Source: Cenarchaeum sp.
GTDB taxonomy: Archaea; Thermoproteota; Nitrososphaeria; Nitrososphaerales; Nitrosopumilaceae
Reading direction: 5' to 3'
Assembly (NCBI GenBank): GCA_965212015.1
Contig: OZ243037.1
Span: 1,440,001 to 1,504,000 of the forward strand
Length of the DNA: 64,000 bases
Made by a program: the position numbers and the translations under genes
Notes under the pieces: generated by a model
Told to the model about the DNA's origin: nothing
What the model saw: the letters and a program-made list of their open reading frames with translations, nothing else
Database searches by the model: none
Part shown: piece after piece, positions 29,222-39,205 of the stretch
Layout of the letters: the number at the start of each line of letters is the position of its first letter
How positions within the stretch are numbered: the stretch's first letter is position 1

Positions 29222-30616
29222 CTATGGCAGCGATACGGTCCCAAACCCGTACGCAAGACAGTTCTCATAGTGGTTTATGATTTCCGGCTTCCAGCCCTTG
29301 CCTGAGTCCAGCTGATCCAAAGAGACCCTCAGCTTTTGAATCCGCCCGTAATGCCGGGTGTTTCTCCTTATCAGTATGTCGCGGAATTCCTCGTGCGGAA
29401 GCGAGCTGCTCTTTTTACAGTTGCACTCTTTGCATGCGAGGACCAGATTCCACGCGCTGTCCTCGAATATGTACGACCACGGGATAAAGTGGTCCACGTG
29501 TATGCCGCCGCGCTCCAGCCTGCCGCCGCAGTAAAAGCAGTGGTCTGTGTGCTCAAAGTACATCCGCTTGTATTCCAGCAGCGATCCCCTCGCCGTGCTG
29601 TCCTGGTCTATCTTTGCGACCAGCCTGGGAAGCGCGTGGTTGACCTTTTCCAGGTATCTGGCCCATTCTGCAAGGACCACCCTTGATAGCAGCGCGTCGT
29701 TTGTGCGCAAAAACTCAAAGGCCTCCGGCCTGAGATAGATCTTTTGTGCGTCATCGTCGTAATCATAGAATGCCCTTGCCTCCATGACGCCGCTGCCGGA
29801 CGGAACGTTCTGGAACCTCGGCACAACCAGGGACGTCTTTGATCTGGCGTGGCCAAACACGGTCCTCTGTATCTTTTGCCGCGCCCTCTCAATGTCGTTA
29901 TTATCCAGCAGCTCAAAGTCGCCGGGGGGATTGCTGCCAAAGACTTCATTGATTGCGCGTATGACCTTTGGCTTGCCCCTCACGTGAAAGTCCTGCTTCA
30001 TCTTGAACTTGTATTCCTGGTACCAATAGTATCTTAGAAACTTGGCCGACAGATACTCGTAGGATATCTCGTGCGTCCGCACCGCACCGCCGGCGTTCTC
30101 CCTGCAATAGTCCAAAAGCGACTTTGCAAGCGTAAACTTGTACGTATTGTCCTTTTTGCCCCTGGTGAGTATGGCGAGGAACTTTTGCTTCAGGTCGTCG
30201 GCGTACGCCCCTGCCACAGGATCGCGCATGCGCGCCCTTTTTTCCGTGCTCATCTGCATGCGTCCGGCCGGTCTTTGCGCCAGCCGCATCACCCCCAGGC
30301 GCCTGCCGGCACTCCAGTCCGCAACGGCGCCGCCTGCCCTGAGCTTGGCAATCTCTTGGTCTATAACATTGTAAAAGTCACTCGTTTTCCTGTGCGGCCC
30401 CCACATGTCCGGATGAATCCTTAGCTTTTTTGCCACCGATACTATTAGATCCGCCCTCCTGTGCCACACCGGCATGCGCCCGTATTCGTTCTGTGATGCG
30501 TCCTGCCCGTACCTGCGGCCGGCCTGCCCCTCCAGATCCCTTATGGTGGCACCCTTTTGGCCCAGGCAAAAGGCGACGGCGTCATGCACGGCCCTGCGCT
30601 CAATGTACCCCGACAT
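29222..30616 (-). CDS. HNH endonuclease-domain protein with N-terminal wHTH-like region
   Basis: NTYKFTLAK; C-terminal CFYCG...HVDHFIPWS...WNLVLACKECNCKKS; start taken at MSGYIE. Confidence 0.8.
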   Translation of the reverse strand: MSGYIERRAVHDAVAFCLGQKGATIRDLEGQAGRRYGQDASQNEYGRMPVWHRRADLIVSVAKKLRIHPDMWGPHRKTSDFYNVIDQEIAKLRAGGAVADWSAGRRLGVMRLAQRPAGRMQMSTEKRARMRDPVAGAYADDLKQKFLAILTRGKKDNTYKFTLAKSLLDYCRENAGGAVRTHEISYEYLSAKFLRYYWYQEYKFKMKQDFHVRGKPKVIRAINEVFGSNPPGDFELLDNNDIERARQKIQRTVFGHARSKTSLVVPRFQNVPSGSGVMEARAFYDYDDDAQKIYLRPEAFEFLRTNDALLSRVVLAEWARYLEKVNHALPRLVAKIDQDSTARGSLLEYKRMYFEHTDHCFYCGGRLERGGIHVDHFIPWSYIFEDSAWNLVLACKECNCKKSSSLPHEEFRDILIRRNTRHYGRIQKLRVSLDQLDSGKGWKPEIINHYENCLAYGFGTVSLP

Positions 30617-30689
30617 GACACACAGGACGCACCATGATTTAAAAAAACTATGCCTAAACACAGAAATTGAATCGCCCGTAATTCCTGCC

Positions 30690-30833
30690 ATGGGGGCACT
30701 GCGCGGGATTGTGGGTTTTTTCGCCTTTATAGCCGCCGGCATTGTCGCAGTGGCAGTAGGCGCGTTTATGATCCGGGGAAACATGCACATGTGGGACAGA
30801 AACGCCAAAAAGGACGACGACAAGTCAAGCTAG
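30690..30833 (+). CDS. Small single-pass membrane protein
   Basis: MGALRGIVGFFAFIAAGIVAVAVGAFMIRG... (47 aa). Confidence 0.5.
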   Translation: MGALRGIVGFFAFIAAGIVAVAVGAFMIRGNMHMWDRNAKKDDDKSS

Positions 30834-30860
30834 AAATATCCCGCCGCACAGGACACCTGC

Positions 30861-31031
30861 ATGGTCGGACCACAGGACGGCGGATTTGGCTTTGACCAGT
30901 CAAAAAAATACACCAGCGTCGAGAATCTTGAAAAGATATGCGTGCAGTGCCAGGCAGGCCAGCACGCAAAATGCCTTGCAAAGTCAGAGCAGCAGGTCTG
31001 CGACTGCGAGCTGTGCCTGATTCATGGTTAA
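30861..31031 (+). CDS. Small Cys/His-rich protein (56 aa)
   Basis: Below ORF-track cut-off; MVGPQDGGFGFDQSKKYTSVENLEKICVQCQAGQHAKC...CDCELC. Confidence 0.6.
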   Translation: MVGPQDGGFGFDQSKKYTSVENLEKICVQCQAGQHAKCLAKSEQQVCDCELCLIHG

Positions 31032-31063
31032 ACTAATTTAGCGGAATCACGCACCACTGTACG

Positions 31064-31165
31064 ATGTCGCGCCTAAAGATCATTGCCGCATGGATCGCCA
31101 TTATAGGCGGCGGAATAGGGTTCTTTTTCCTCTCTGATCTGGTGCTGGTAGACGTAATGAGATAG
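31064..31165 (+). CDS. Small membrane peptide (33 aa)
   Basis: MSRLKIIAAWIAIIGGGIGFFFLSDLVLVDVMR. Confidence 0.45.
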   Translation: MSRLKIIAAWIAIIGGGIGFFFLSDLVLVDVMR

Positions 31166-31166
31166 C

Positions 31167-31976
31167 CTAGTCTCTTTCGGATTCCAGCCTTTCTAGCTTT
31201 TGGCGCGTGGCATCGTGCTCCCGGCGCTCCTTTTCCAGTATCCTTCTGATGATTGCCAGCTCGCCCTCGGCAGTCTTTAGCTTTTGGGTCACCGATGCCA
31301 CTACTGCGCTTGCCGCCTCGACTATGTGCTTTTTTTCGGCAGGATCTGGGGAACCGGCCTGCACCGGTGCGTCTTGCAAACCCTGCAGCTTGCCGCTTGC
31401 GTCCTTGATGCGGCCCGTGACGCCGGCAAGCTCCGACTCTGCCTGCCGCCGCTTTTTTTCAATGCGGTCAAGCACGGACTGTGATTCTGCAATCCCCGTC
31501 TTTAGCTCGCCTGCGCGGGCCTGGTTTTTTACAATCTCGTCTTTAACCTCGGAGAGGACAGAGTTTGATTTTTCCAGCTCGTCGAGCTGGTGCTTTTTGT
31601 CCCTGATGCCGTCCTCTATTGCCTCCAGCCGCACCCTGAGCGGCGCCATCTTTTCTTGCATCTGCGTATACTGCACCCTCATGGATTCGGCCTCTTTTTT
31701 TCCCGCATTGAGCTCCTTTTTTACCGTCATTAGCTCGCCGACTGCGCCGTCGTACTCTTTTCTGACGGTTGCAAGCTTGCCGGTAATCGACTCGAGGCTG
31801 CCGCGCTTGCTTGCAATCTCGCCTTCCACGGTATTCATCTCGCCCCTTCTCTCGTCTAGCACATAGTCGTGTATCTCTGATGCCTTTACCTCTGTTCCGG
31901 GGACGTCACCGTCCTTTGGTTCGTCCTTTTTTAGCCGCCTGAGCCAGTCCATGGGTGCCGTTTTTTTTCTTGTCAT
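31167..31976 (-). CDS. Coiled-coil protein
   Basis: Long heptad-rich helix; start at 31976 or 31952. Confidence 0.75.
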   Translation of the reverse strand: MTRKKTAPMDWLRRLKKDEPKDGDVPGTEVKASEIHDYVLDERRGEMNTVEGEIASKRGSLESITGKLATVRKEYDGAVGELMTVKKELNAGKKEAESMRVQYTQMQEKMAPLRVRLEAIEDGIRDKKHQLDELEKSNSVLSEVKDEIVKNQARAGELKTGIAESQSVLDRIEKKRRQAESELAGVTGRIKDASGKLQGLQDAPVQAGSPDPAEKKHIVEAASAVVASVTQKLKTAEGELAIIRRILEKERREHDATRQKLERLESERD

Positions 31977-31995
31977 AAAATTCTTGGGAAAGCCG

Positions 31996-32190
31996 TCACG
32001 TCCTGCGTCCGCGCACAAAGCTGAGATAAAAGCCGATTCCGCCCACCAGAAACCCAAATACAATGGCCGCAGTGCCGAGTCCGGGCGAGTCGGCAAGGTA
32101 CAGGGGGGTGGTGACAAACACCAGCGCGCCCAGGATGATTAGGAAAAACCCGCCGCTCTTTCTCCTGTTGTGATCGTCGTGCACCATCAT
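31996..32190 (-). CDS. Small two-TM membrane protein
   Basis: Two hydrophobic segments; overlaps lysS stop. Confidence 0.65.
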   Translation of the reverse strand: MMVHDDHNRRKSGGFFLIILGALVFVTTPLYLADSPGLGTAAIVFGFLVGGIGFYLSFVRGRRT

Positions 32191-33767
32191 ACGTACCCCC
32201 TGATAATACCGCCGACCTTTTTTGCCCCAATGTCTGCGATGAACGGGCCGATTCTGGGGCCCCGCGTCGTATTGAGGATAATCTTGTAGAGGGTCTGAAA
32301 AAAGTCCCTCGGCTGTATGTTGTTTGATTTTGCAATGTTGTATATGGTGTTTTGAAGATCGTCGTGATCCGCACCGCCGTCCAGTACCGCTGCCAGCTCC
32401 CCCAGCGCCCCCCTTGTGGCGTCGTCTATCTCTATGTCTATCTTTTCTGCCGCATCAAAGTCGTCGGCGTACCGTCCGGCAAGCCCTATCATCTCGTCGA
32501 TCTCTTTTTGCGGCTCCTTTATCACATTGTACTCTATGAGCTTTTTAGTCACGCGTACAGCCCTGTCGTCCCTGAATATCCTGGAGAGCTCAAGCAGCAG
32601 CCTATAGCTTACGTGCGGGACGGGGGCATTCGGGGGGTCTAGCAGGTTGACATACTCAAATAGGCCCCTTGACTTTGTCTCTTTTGCCTCGTTGTCCAGC
32701 TTTGTCCTGCCAAAATAGATGTTTTGCAGCTCGTTATACTCGTCCATCAGGGCAGGTATGTCCTCAAAGCCCAGCTCGCGCGCGCCGGTGATTCTCTTGT
32801 ACAGCAGGAGCAGGATTGACTTTGGGGTCCCGTACTTTAGCCATTTCTGCGAGGTCACCACGTTTCCCAGCGATTTTGAGATCTTTTTTCCTCCCTTGTC
32901 CAGGAACATCTCGTACCTTACGTGGTGGGGAGGGGGATACCCGAGTATTTCCTCGGCGACCCAGTCATTTACCCTCACAGAGTCCATAATGTCCTTGCCG
33001 TACGCCTCAAAGCGGACATCCAGCGCGCTCCATCTTGCGGCAAATTCCACCTTCCATGCCAGCTTTCCCATGTCCCTTCCAATGTCTGCCTCGCCCTCGT
33101 GCCGGCAGCCCCTGACTGTGCCGCCCCCAATGTCCGCATCGCCGCACCTGTACGTGATCTTTTTCTCGTCTGCAATGTATCCTGTCGCCTCTGCCGTATA
33201 CAGCCTGTTGCACTGGGCGCATACGGGAAAATATGGAAGATAGTTCCGGAACTTGTCCTGTCCCACCATGTCTGAAATCTTGGCGCCGATTTTCTCTGCG
33301 TTGAGCAGGATTTTGTGTATCTGCCCCTTTAGCAGCCCGCTCTGGTACGTCTCCTTTGCACTCCTAAAGACGTACTTTATGCCCAGGCAGTCCAGCCCGT
33401 CTAGCAGCAGGCTGCTCATGTGCATTCCGTACGAGTCGTGGCATCCAAAGGGATCGGGAATCAGCGATACCGGCTTTGCAATGTGCTCCTTGAGCGAATC
33501 GGGAAGGCCCTCTGGAATCTTTCTCAGCCCGTCGAGGTCATCAGAGTACGCAATCAGCTCCGACTTTAATCCCATATCCTCAAGCGCCATCTTTACGCCG
33601 TACGCCCTTACCGCATCGCCGAGGCTTCCAATGTGCGGAATGCCAGAGGCCCCAAGGCCGCTTTCGACCCTTAGCAGATCCAAGCTCCGCCCGAGCGACT
33701 TTTCCCTCTCTAGGAGCTCGCATGCCAGCTTGTCAATCCACGTGCCCCTGCCTATTATTTCAGTCAT
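32187..33767 (-). CDS. lysS: Class I lysyl-tRNA synthetase
   Basis: SGIPHIGS, KLAWKVEF, KISKSLGN, GPRIGPF. Confidence 0.96.
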   Translation of the reverse strand: MTEIIGRGTWIDKLACELLEREKSLGRSLDLLRVESGLGASGIPHIGSLGDAVRAYGVKMALEDMGLKSELIAYSDDLDGLRKIPEGLPDSLKEHIAKPVSLIPDPFGCHDSYGMHMSSLLLDGLDCLGIKYVFRSAKETYQSGLLKGQIHKILLNAEKIGAKISDMVGQDKFRNYLPYFPVCAQCNRLYTAEATGYIADEKKITYRCGDADIGGGTVRGCRHEGEADIGRDMGKLAWKVEFAARWSALDVRFEAYGKDIMDSVRVNDWVAEEILGYPPPHHVRYEMFLDKGGKKISKSLGNVVTSQKWLKYGTPKSILLLLYKRITGARELGFEDIPALMDEYNELQNIYFGRTKLDNEAKETKSRGLFEYVNLLDPPNAPVPHVSYRLLLELSRIFRDDRAVRVTKKLIEYNVIKEPQKEIDEMIGLAGRYADDFDAAEKIDIEIDDATRGALGELAAVLDGGADHDDLQNTIYNIAKSNNIQPRDFFQTLYKIILNTTRGPRIGPFIADIGAKKVGGIIRGYV

Positions 33768-35349
33768 GGCTCCCCGAAAGATTTTTTGCCATATAAGGGC
33801 CATCCGGACGGTAGCCCATCCTTCTATAGTATTCCCTTGTGCCGACTGCGCTGATGACTAGCAGCTTGGCCGCATCAAACTCTTCTCTTGCTATCCTTTG
33901 CGCCTCTTCCATCAGTCTTTTGCCCAGGCCGGAGTGCTGTATTTCGTCTTTTTGCCTCTCGCCTATCTTGAGGGACCTGCCGTACACGTGCAGCTCCCTT
34001 ACGATGCAGGCACCAGCTGCCTCCGGCCTGTGCGCCATATGGCCGGGATTTCGCAGGCGCAAAAATCCATAGATATAGTCGTCTGCGTCCACGTATGACA
34101 GAAACACCTCGCTGCCGCCAGATGACTGATAGTCCGCCCTGTCGAGCTTCAAGTCCTCTGTTCTTGCGGTCTTTTTTGAGAGTCCTGCCTCCCTGCACCT
34201 GATGCACCTGCAGCGCAGCCCCCGGCTTTTGAGATTGTCCAGGACAAACTGTCTCAGGTTTCCGGACTTTGGGCCTGCCACTATCTCCGGTGCGGATATC
34301 TCCCGCTGCACGCGCATGATTCTGACCCATTTTGGAATGTTCCTTTTTACCTCGGTCAGGACGCGTATCATGTCGTCATCAGAGTACGGGACGTACCTGC
34401 CGTCCTTGTAATCCTCAAACAGCGGCGTGTTCTTTAGTACAAGCGAGGGATAGATCTTTAGCATGTCCGGCTTGAGATCGGGATCCTCAAAGAGGCGCCC
34501 AAAGTCTGCAATGTCTGTCTGCGGCGTGGCAGTGGGAAGCCCCGGCATCATGTGTGCGACAATCTTGTATCCGGCGTCCTTGGAGACCTGGAACGATTCT
34601 ACCACGTCACCATAGGTGTGCCCCCGGTTGACAAGCTCGTATATTTTTTCTTGCAGGCTCTGCACCCCTATCTCGACTCGCGTGACCCCAAAGCGCAGCA
34701 TAGAGTCGACGTGCTCCCTCTTGCAGTAATCCGGCTTTGTCTCTATTGTGAATCCCACATTCCTGTATTCGGACAGCTCGCCGGCTGCCTGCGCCTGCTC
34801 TAGCGTCTCCGAATCATTCCCCGTCAGCGCATCAAAGCACGATTTTATAAAATTTTCCTGATAGTCGCGCGGCATGAACAGAAACGTCCCGCCCACTATT
34901 ACCAGCTCCAGCTTTGAGACGTCGTGGCCGTAGGCAAGAAGCTTGTCTATCTTTGAGCGAATCTGTTTTTTTGGATCGTACATGTTTTCGATTGCGTTGA
35001 TTGTGGCCGGCTCCATTCCGGTATAGCTGTTCGGCGTGTTGAACTCTGTCCCGCCAGGACAGTACGTGCATCTGCCGTGCGGACAGGCGTACGGCTTTGG
35101 CATCAGGGCGATCACAGCTATTCCGGATGCCGTCTTTATCGGCTTTTTTAGCAGGACCCTTTGCAGCCTTGCATAGCCGTCACCTGACGCGGTGGCCAGA
35201 ATCTCGTCGTTTCCCGGAATCCTTCCAAGCGAGTATTTTAAGCATATTTTTTTGATCTCCGCCTTTACCTCCCGTTTTGTGGGCTCTTTGGCGGCAAGCA
35301 GATTGCAAGAGATCTCCTTGCACGCATCAGAGAATGATATGGACTGCAT
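33760..35349 (-). CDS. elp3: Elp3 radical SAM/GNAT tRNA U34 modification enzyme
   Basis: CPHGRCTYCPGG, ETKPD, KIYPSLV, IRCRE, RELHVYG, QHSGLG. Confidence 0.95.
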   Translation of the reverse strand: MQSISFSDACKEISCNLLAAKEPTKREVKAEIKKICLKYSLGRIPGNDEILATASGDGYARLQRVLLKKPIKTASGIAVIALMPKPYACPHGRCTYCPGGTEFNTPNSYTGMEPATINAIENMYDPKKQIRSKIDKLLAYGHDVSKLELVIVGGTFLFMPRDYQENFIKSCFDALTGNDSETLEQAQAAGELSEYRNVGFTIETKPDYCKREHVDSMLRFGVTRVEIGVQSLQEKIYELVNRGHTYGDVVESFQVSKDAGYKIVAHMMPGLPTATPQTDIADFGRLFEDPDLKPDMLKIYPSLVLKNTPLFEDYKDGRYVPYSDDDMIRVLTEVKRNIPKWVRIMRVQREISAPEIVAGPKSGNLRQFVLDNLKSRGLRCRCIRCREAGLSKKTARTEDLKLDRADYQSSGGSEVFLSYVDADDYIYGFLRLRNPGHMAHRPEAAGACIVRELHVYGRSLKIGERQKDEIQHSGLGKRLMEEAQRIAREEFDAAKLLVISAVGTREYYRRMGYRPDGPYMAKNLSGSHD

Positions 35350-35390
35350 GACTTGGAGTCAGAAATCTGCCATAAATTCCTTAACTGCGC

Positions 35391-35915
35391 CTATCGCCTT
35401 TTGCGACCGGCCTTTTTTGCGCTCTTTTTGGTCCTTCCTGCCGCGCTCTTTGGCCTTTTGCGCCCAGCCTTTGCCGCTTTTCTGGGTTTTTTTGCAGCAT
35501 TTTTCTTGGCCTTGCCTTTTGGCCTTTTACGACCCGTCTTTTTTGCCGCGCTCTTTGGCCTTTTACGACCCGTCTTTTTTGCCGCGCTCTTTGGCCTTTT
35601 ACGCCCGGCCTTTTTTGCGCTCTTTTTGGCCTTGCTCTTTGGCTTTTTACGACCGGCCTTTTTTGCCGCGGCCTTTTTCCTTGCCTTTGGCCTTGATCCG
35701 GATTTTCTTTTCAGTATAGTCAGCTGGTTTTTTAGCTCAATTAGATCCATCTTTAGCTTTGCCGACTGTTCTGCCACGCTTGCGTCGGGGGCCACAAAGT
35801 TTCCTCCTAGTTTTGCATAGCATTCGGCGTGAAAGACCCGCCCGTCTGCGTATTTTAGCTCGTTTTTTCTCACGCCTCTTGTGCATGCCACGCAGAACAT
35901 TACAACCTCGGCCAT
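35391..35915 (-). CDS. Zn-finger + coiled coil + Lys/Arg/Ala-rich (histone H1-like) tail protein
   Basis: CVAC...HAEC, then repeats of AKK(A/T)GRKRPKS. Confidence 0.75.
   Translation of the reverse strand: MAEVVMFCVACTRGVRKNELKYADGRVFHAECYAKLGGNFVAPDASVAEQSAKLKMDLIELKNQLTILKRKSGSRPKARKKAAAKKAGRKKPKSKAKKSAKKAGRKRPKSAAKKTGRKRPKSAAKKTGRKRPKGKAKKNAAKKPRKAAKAGRKRPKSAAGRTKKSAKKAGRKRR
35521..35592. repeat. 36-bp coding tandem repeat (2 perfect copies plus degenerate flanking copies)
   Basis: GGCCTTTTACGACCCGTCTTTTTTGCCGCGCTCTTT x2. Confidence 0.85.
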
Positions 35916-35990
35916 CTCATTTTTTGTTTTTTCCTATGATTTAAGATTTTCCTAAAAAACATTTTGACCGGCAAGGCGCCGCACCATCCA

Positions 35991-37205
35991 TTACAGCTTG
36001 GCGTTTCTTACTTCCTTTCTGTATTCGAGCTTTAGCCAGATTGGCGTGATTATGGTGGTCACTGCGACCATTATTACTATTGTAGAGTATACGCTGCCCG
36101 TCAGTACGCCAGAGGACACCCCGACGCCGGCCACAATCAGCCCCACCTCGCCCCTGGATATCATGCCGATTCCGACGCGCATTCCCTGCGCCTTGTTTTT
36201 GAGGAACATCCATGCCGGAAGGCCGCATCCGAACAGCTTTGTCACAATGGCAATCACTATGATTATCCCGCTGAGCATCAGTATCTCCCCGTTGATCTCC
36301 CTGAAATCCACCTGCGCGCCGATGATTGCAAAGAACAGCGGCGCAAAGATCAGGCCGATCTTTTCTATGAAATGCTCCACCTTTTCAAACACCTTGGTGG
36401 TGGACAGCGCCATCCCGACTGCAAACGCGCCGACTATCGGGGAGAGTCCTATGGAGCCTGCCAGCGCGGCTGCGCCAAAAAACGCAGCCGTAACTATTCC
36501 CTCGACGCTTCCCTTTGCCTTCCACAGCCTGGGAGTAACAACCTTTGGCATGATGATTACGGCAACAATCAGCATTATGGCAAAGAATCCCAACACCTGC
36601 AGTATTGTAATCATGACTTGAGTCACGTCAATGTTTTCTACCCCGCCTCCCCCGCTTGCAATGGATGTGACTACTGAGAGCACCGCTATGGCCAGAATGT
36701 CATCCACCACTGCGGCGCCTATGATCAGCCTCGCCTCCGGGGTCTTTATCTTGCCAAACTCGCTTAGGACCTGAATCGAGATGGCAATGCTAGTGGCAGT
36801 AAGTGCCGTGGCAATCAGCATGGACTGCAGGGCGTCAAAGCCAAATGCCTGAAAAACCCACAATCCGGCGAAAAACGGTATCACCACCCCGAGCGTGCCG
36901 ACGGTAAAGGACGCCTTGCCTCCGCGCAAGAATTCCTTCGGGGTCATTTCCAGCCCCGCCATGAACAAAATCACAATCGCGCCGATCTCGCCGAGGACCC
37001 TGATCTCGCTGTCGATTCTCAGAATCGGCTCCCCGTCAAAGACCAAAAACGCCCCCAGCGCAAACGGCCCTATGATCATTCCTGCCAAAAGCTCGCCCAG
37101 GACGATCGGAAGCTTTAGCCTCAGGAACAGCTCGGCCATTAGCTTTGCCGCAAAGAGCAAAATTCCTACGCCTATGATGGTCTGAATAAAGTGGGTCTCA
37201 ACCAT
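35991..37205 (-). CDS. CPA2 cation:proton antiporter
   Basis: GELLAG, ATSI, AAVVDD, GMISRGEV; multiple TMs. Confidence 0.9.
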   Translation of the reverse strand: MVETHFIQTIIGVGILLFAAKLMAELFLRLKLPIVLGELLAGMIIGPFALGAFLVFDGEPILRIDSEIRVLGEIGAIVILFMAGLEMTPKEFLRGGKASFTVGTLGVVIPFFAGLWVFQAFGFDALQSMLIATALTATSIAISIQVLSEFGKIKTPEARLIIGAAVVDDILAIAVLSVVTSIASGGGGVENIDVTQVMITILQVLGFFAIMLIVAVIIMPKVVTPRLWKAKGSVEGIVTAAFFGAAALAGSIGLSPIVGAFAVGMALSTTKVFEKVEHFIEKIGLIFAPLFFAIIGAQVDFREINGEILMLSGIIIVIAIVTKLFGCGLPAWMFLKNKAQGMRVGIGMISRGEVGLIVAGVGVSSGVLTGSVYSTIVIMVAVTTIITPIWLKLEYRKEVRNAKL

Positions 37206-37285
37206 GTCCTCAAGTTAGCAATGACGGGTGGCAATATAAGCAGATATCCCCGGGCAGAAAGGAGTGAATTTCCGGCTCCTGCCAA

Positions 37286-38305
37286 TCATGCAATCCTTTC
37301 AGAGTCCACAAAGACGCCCTTTTTTGAAGTGACGTCCCCTATTGCCTGCGATTTGATCCCATGTCTTTTAAAAACGGACACGATCCGATCCTCCTGATCC
37401 CTCGGTGCGACGACGCAAAAGCCTATTCCCATGTTGAATGTCTTGTACATCTCTGTTTTTCCGACGCCCTGCTCGCCGATCAGCTTCATTATGGGCGGCG
37501 CATCGGGAAGGCCGTGCAGCTCAAAGCCTGCGTTTTTCAGGCGCAAGAGCTTTGTAAACGATCCGCCAGTAATGTGCGCCAGTCCGTGCACGCGGCACTT
37601 TTTTGCAATTTCCAGTACCGGCTTTACGTAAATCTCAGTCGGGGCAAGCAGCGCATCGCCGATGGCGCCGACCCCCCTCGGCCTGTCCTTTAGCGAGTAT
37701 TTTTTGAGCGCGCGCCGGGCCAGCGTGTACCCGTTTGAATGTATACCGCTGCTGTATGCGCCAATGATCACGTCATTTGCCCTTATCCTGCCGCCCAGTA
37801 TCACGTCCTTTTTTGAGACCAGTCCCACCACCATGCCTGCCAGGTCAAATGCAAACCCCCTGCCTGCAAACAGGTCCGGCATTATCGCCGTCTCGCCGCC
37901 GACAATCGGGACTGCTGCCTTTTTTGCGCCCCTTGCAAGCCCGAGCATGATCTCTGAGAAAATCGCATCGTCGTTTTTGTTTGCTGCGATATAGTCCACA
38001 AAGGAGACGGGGGTGGCGCCGGTGCAGATTATGTCATTGACATTCATTGCAATACAGTCGATTCCTATAGTGTCGTATTTTTTCATCCGGCAGGCGATCA
38101 AGACCTTGGTTCCCACGCCGTCAGTATGCACTGCAAGATTCACCCCCTTTTGGAGCCCCACTATTCCCGCGTAATGCCCGAAACCGTGCATGATTTTTGC
38201 CTTTTTTTGGACCTTGTGGGTTTGGGCGATTATCCTGCCCATCCGGGCCTGGCTTTTTTTGATCCTTGCAATGTCCACGCCTGCGTCCTTGTAGGTCAGA
38301 GCCAT
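37286..38305 (-). CDS. purM: Phosphoribosylformylglycinamidine cyclo-ligase (AIR synthetase)
   Basis: YKDAGVD, TDGVGTK, GGETA, SSGIHSNG, HITGG, FNMGIG. Confidence 0.96.
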   Translation of the reverse strand: MALTYKDAGVDIARIKKSQARMGRIIAQTHKVQKKAKIMHGFGHYAGIVGLQKGVNLAVHTDGVGTKVLIACRMKKYDTIGIDCIAMNVNDIICTGATPVSFVDYIAANKNDDAIFSEIMLGLARGAKKAAVPIVGGETAIMPDLFAGRGFAFDLAGMVVGLVSKKDVILGGRIRANDVIIGAYSSGIHSNGYTLARRALKKYSLKDRPRGVGAIGDALLAPTEIYVKPVLEIAKKCRVHGLAHITGGSFTKLLRLKNAGFELHGLPDAPPIMKLIGEQGVGKTEMYKTFNMGIGFCVVAPRDQEDRIVSVFKRHGIKSQAIGDVTSKKGVFVDSERIA

Positions 38306-38350
38306 GGTGTGTGGCGTGTCTTTTGCGAATAAAAGAATTTGCCTGACGGC

Positions 38351-39085
38351 TCACATGTACATTCCGGATATCTCTTCGCGGTGCGCTGCGTATTTCTGCG
38401 ACATTTCTTTAAAGTCCGTGCCGATCTTTTCCTTCTCCTTTAGCAGGTCTTCTGAGCTGACGTCCATGTCGTATACCCTGTTTACCGCCTCGATCAGCGT
38501 GGCAGCAGCTGCCGGATCCGCAACGTCCTTGTTTGCCTTGACTAGCAGCGTGATGCCGCGAATCTTTCTTAGGAGGCACTCGTTTAGAATCCCGCCGGGA
38601 ATGCCCGTGATAAAGCCCTGCGGAATCATGCTGATGTTTTTGTCCTTCATCAGCCTGCACAGATCCTCCTCTGCTGCACAGTACGCCTTGTCATCATGTC
38701 TCTCGCTGGCGACCCCGTCCAGGATTATGATCTCATTTGAGCCCTTTTTTTCTGCCCAGTCCAGAATCTCCGAGACCAGGGTATAGAGCCCCTCCATCCT
38801 GAGTGTAATCTCGCAGACTATGGCGCAGATTGTCCCCTTTTCGTTTGCGTAAAACCGGAACGGATGGCGCAGCCGTCCGCGCATGAACACAGTTGACGGC
38901 GGCAGGTGCCTTGATCTCATGAATCCGATCTCCCTCATGTCCAGCTGCTTTATGATGTGCCCCACTGACAGCGGCCCGACTAGCCCCGCGCCGACAAACC
39001 CGGCAAAGATTACCGGGGCGTCAAGCTTTTTTTCCTCGACTTCGAAAACCTGCGCCTCTGGAAAACCCGCCTTGTCCATATACAT
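38351..39085 (-). CDS. PAC2-family proteasome assembly chaperone
   Basis: AGFVGAGLVG, GIPGGIL, DPAAAA. Confidence 0.85.
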   Translation of the reverse strand: MYMDKAGFPEAQVFEVEEKKLDAPVIFAGFVGAGLVGPLSVGHIIKQLDMREIGFMRSRHLPPSTVFMRGRLRHPFRFYANEKGTICAIVCEITLRMEGLYTLVSEILDWAEKKGSNEIIILDGVASERHDDKAYCAAEEDLCRLMKDKNISMIPQGFITGIPGGILNECLLRKIRGITLLVKANKDVADPAAAATLIEAVNRVYDMDVSSEDLLKEKEKIGTDFKEMSQKYAAHREEISGMYM

Positions 39086-39205
39086 GGATTTTTTCTATCT
39101 AGTTATCATGCTAGCTAAGTGTTTTGTAGCTATTTGGTTAGAAATTCTTTCCGAACATCGTGTTTAAATACGGTACGGCCGGCTGCGCCCCTGGCGTTTG
39201 TGCAG

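Noticed and set aside
35353-35820. Phe/Leu-rich repetitive membrane-like ORF on the plus strand
   Set aside because: Antisense reflection of the Lys-rich repeat gene
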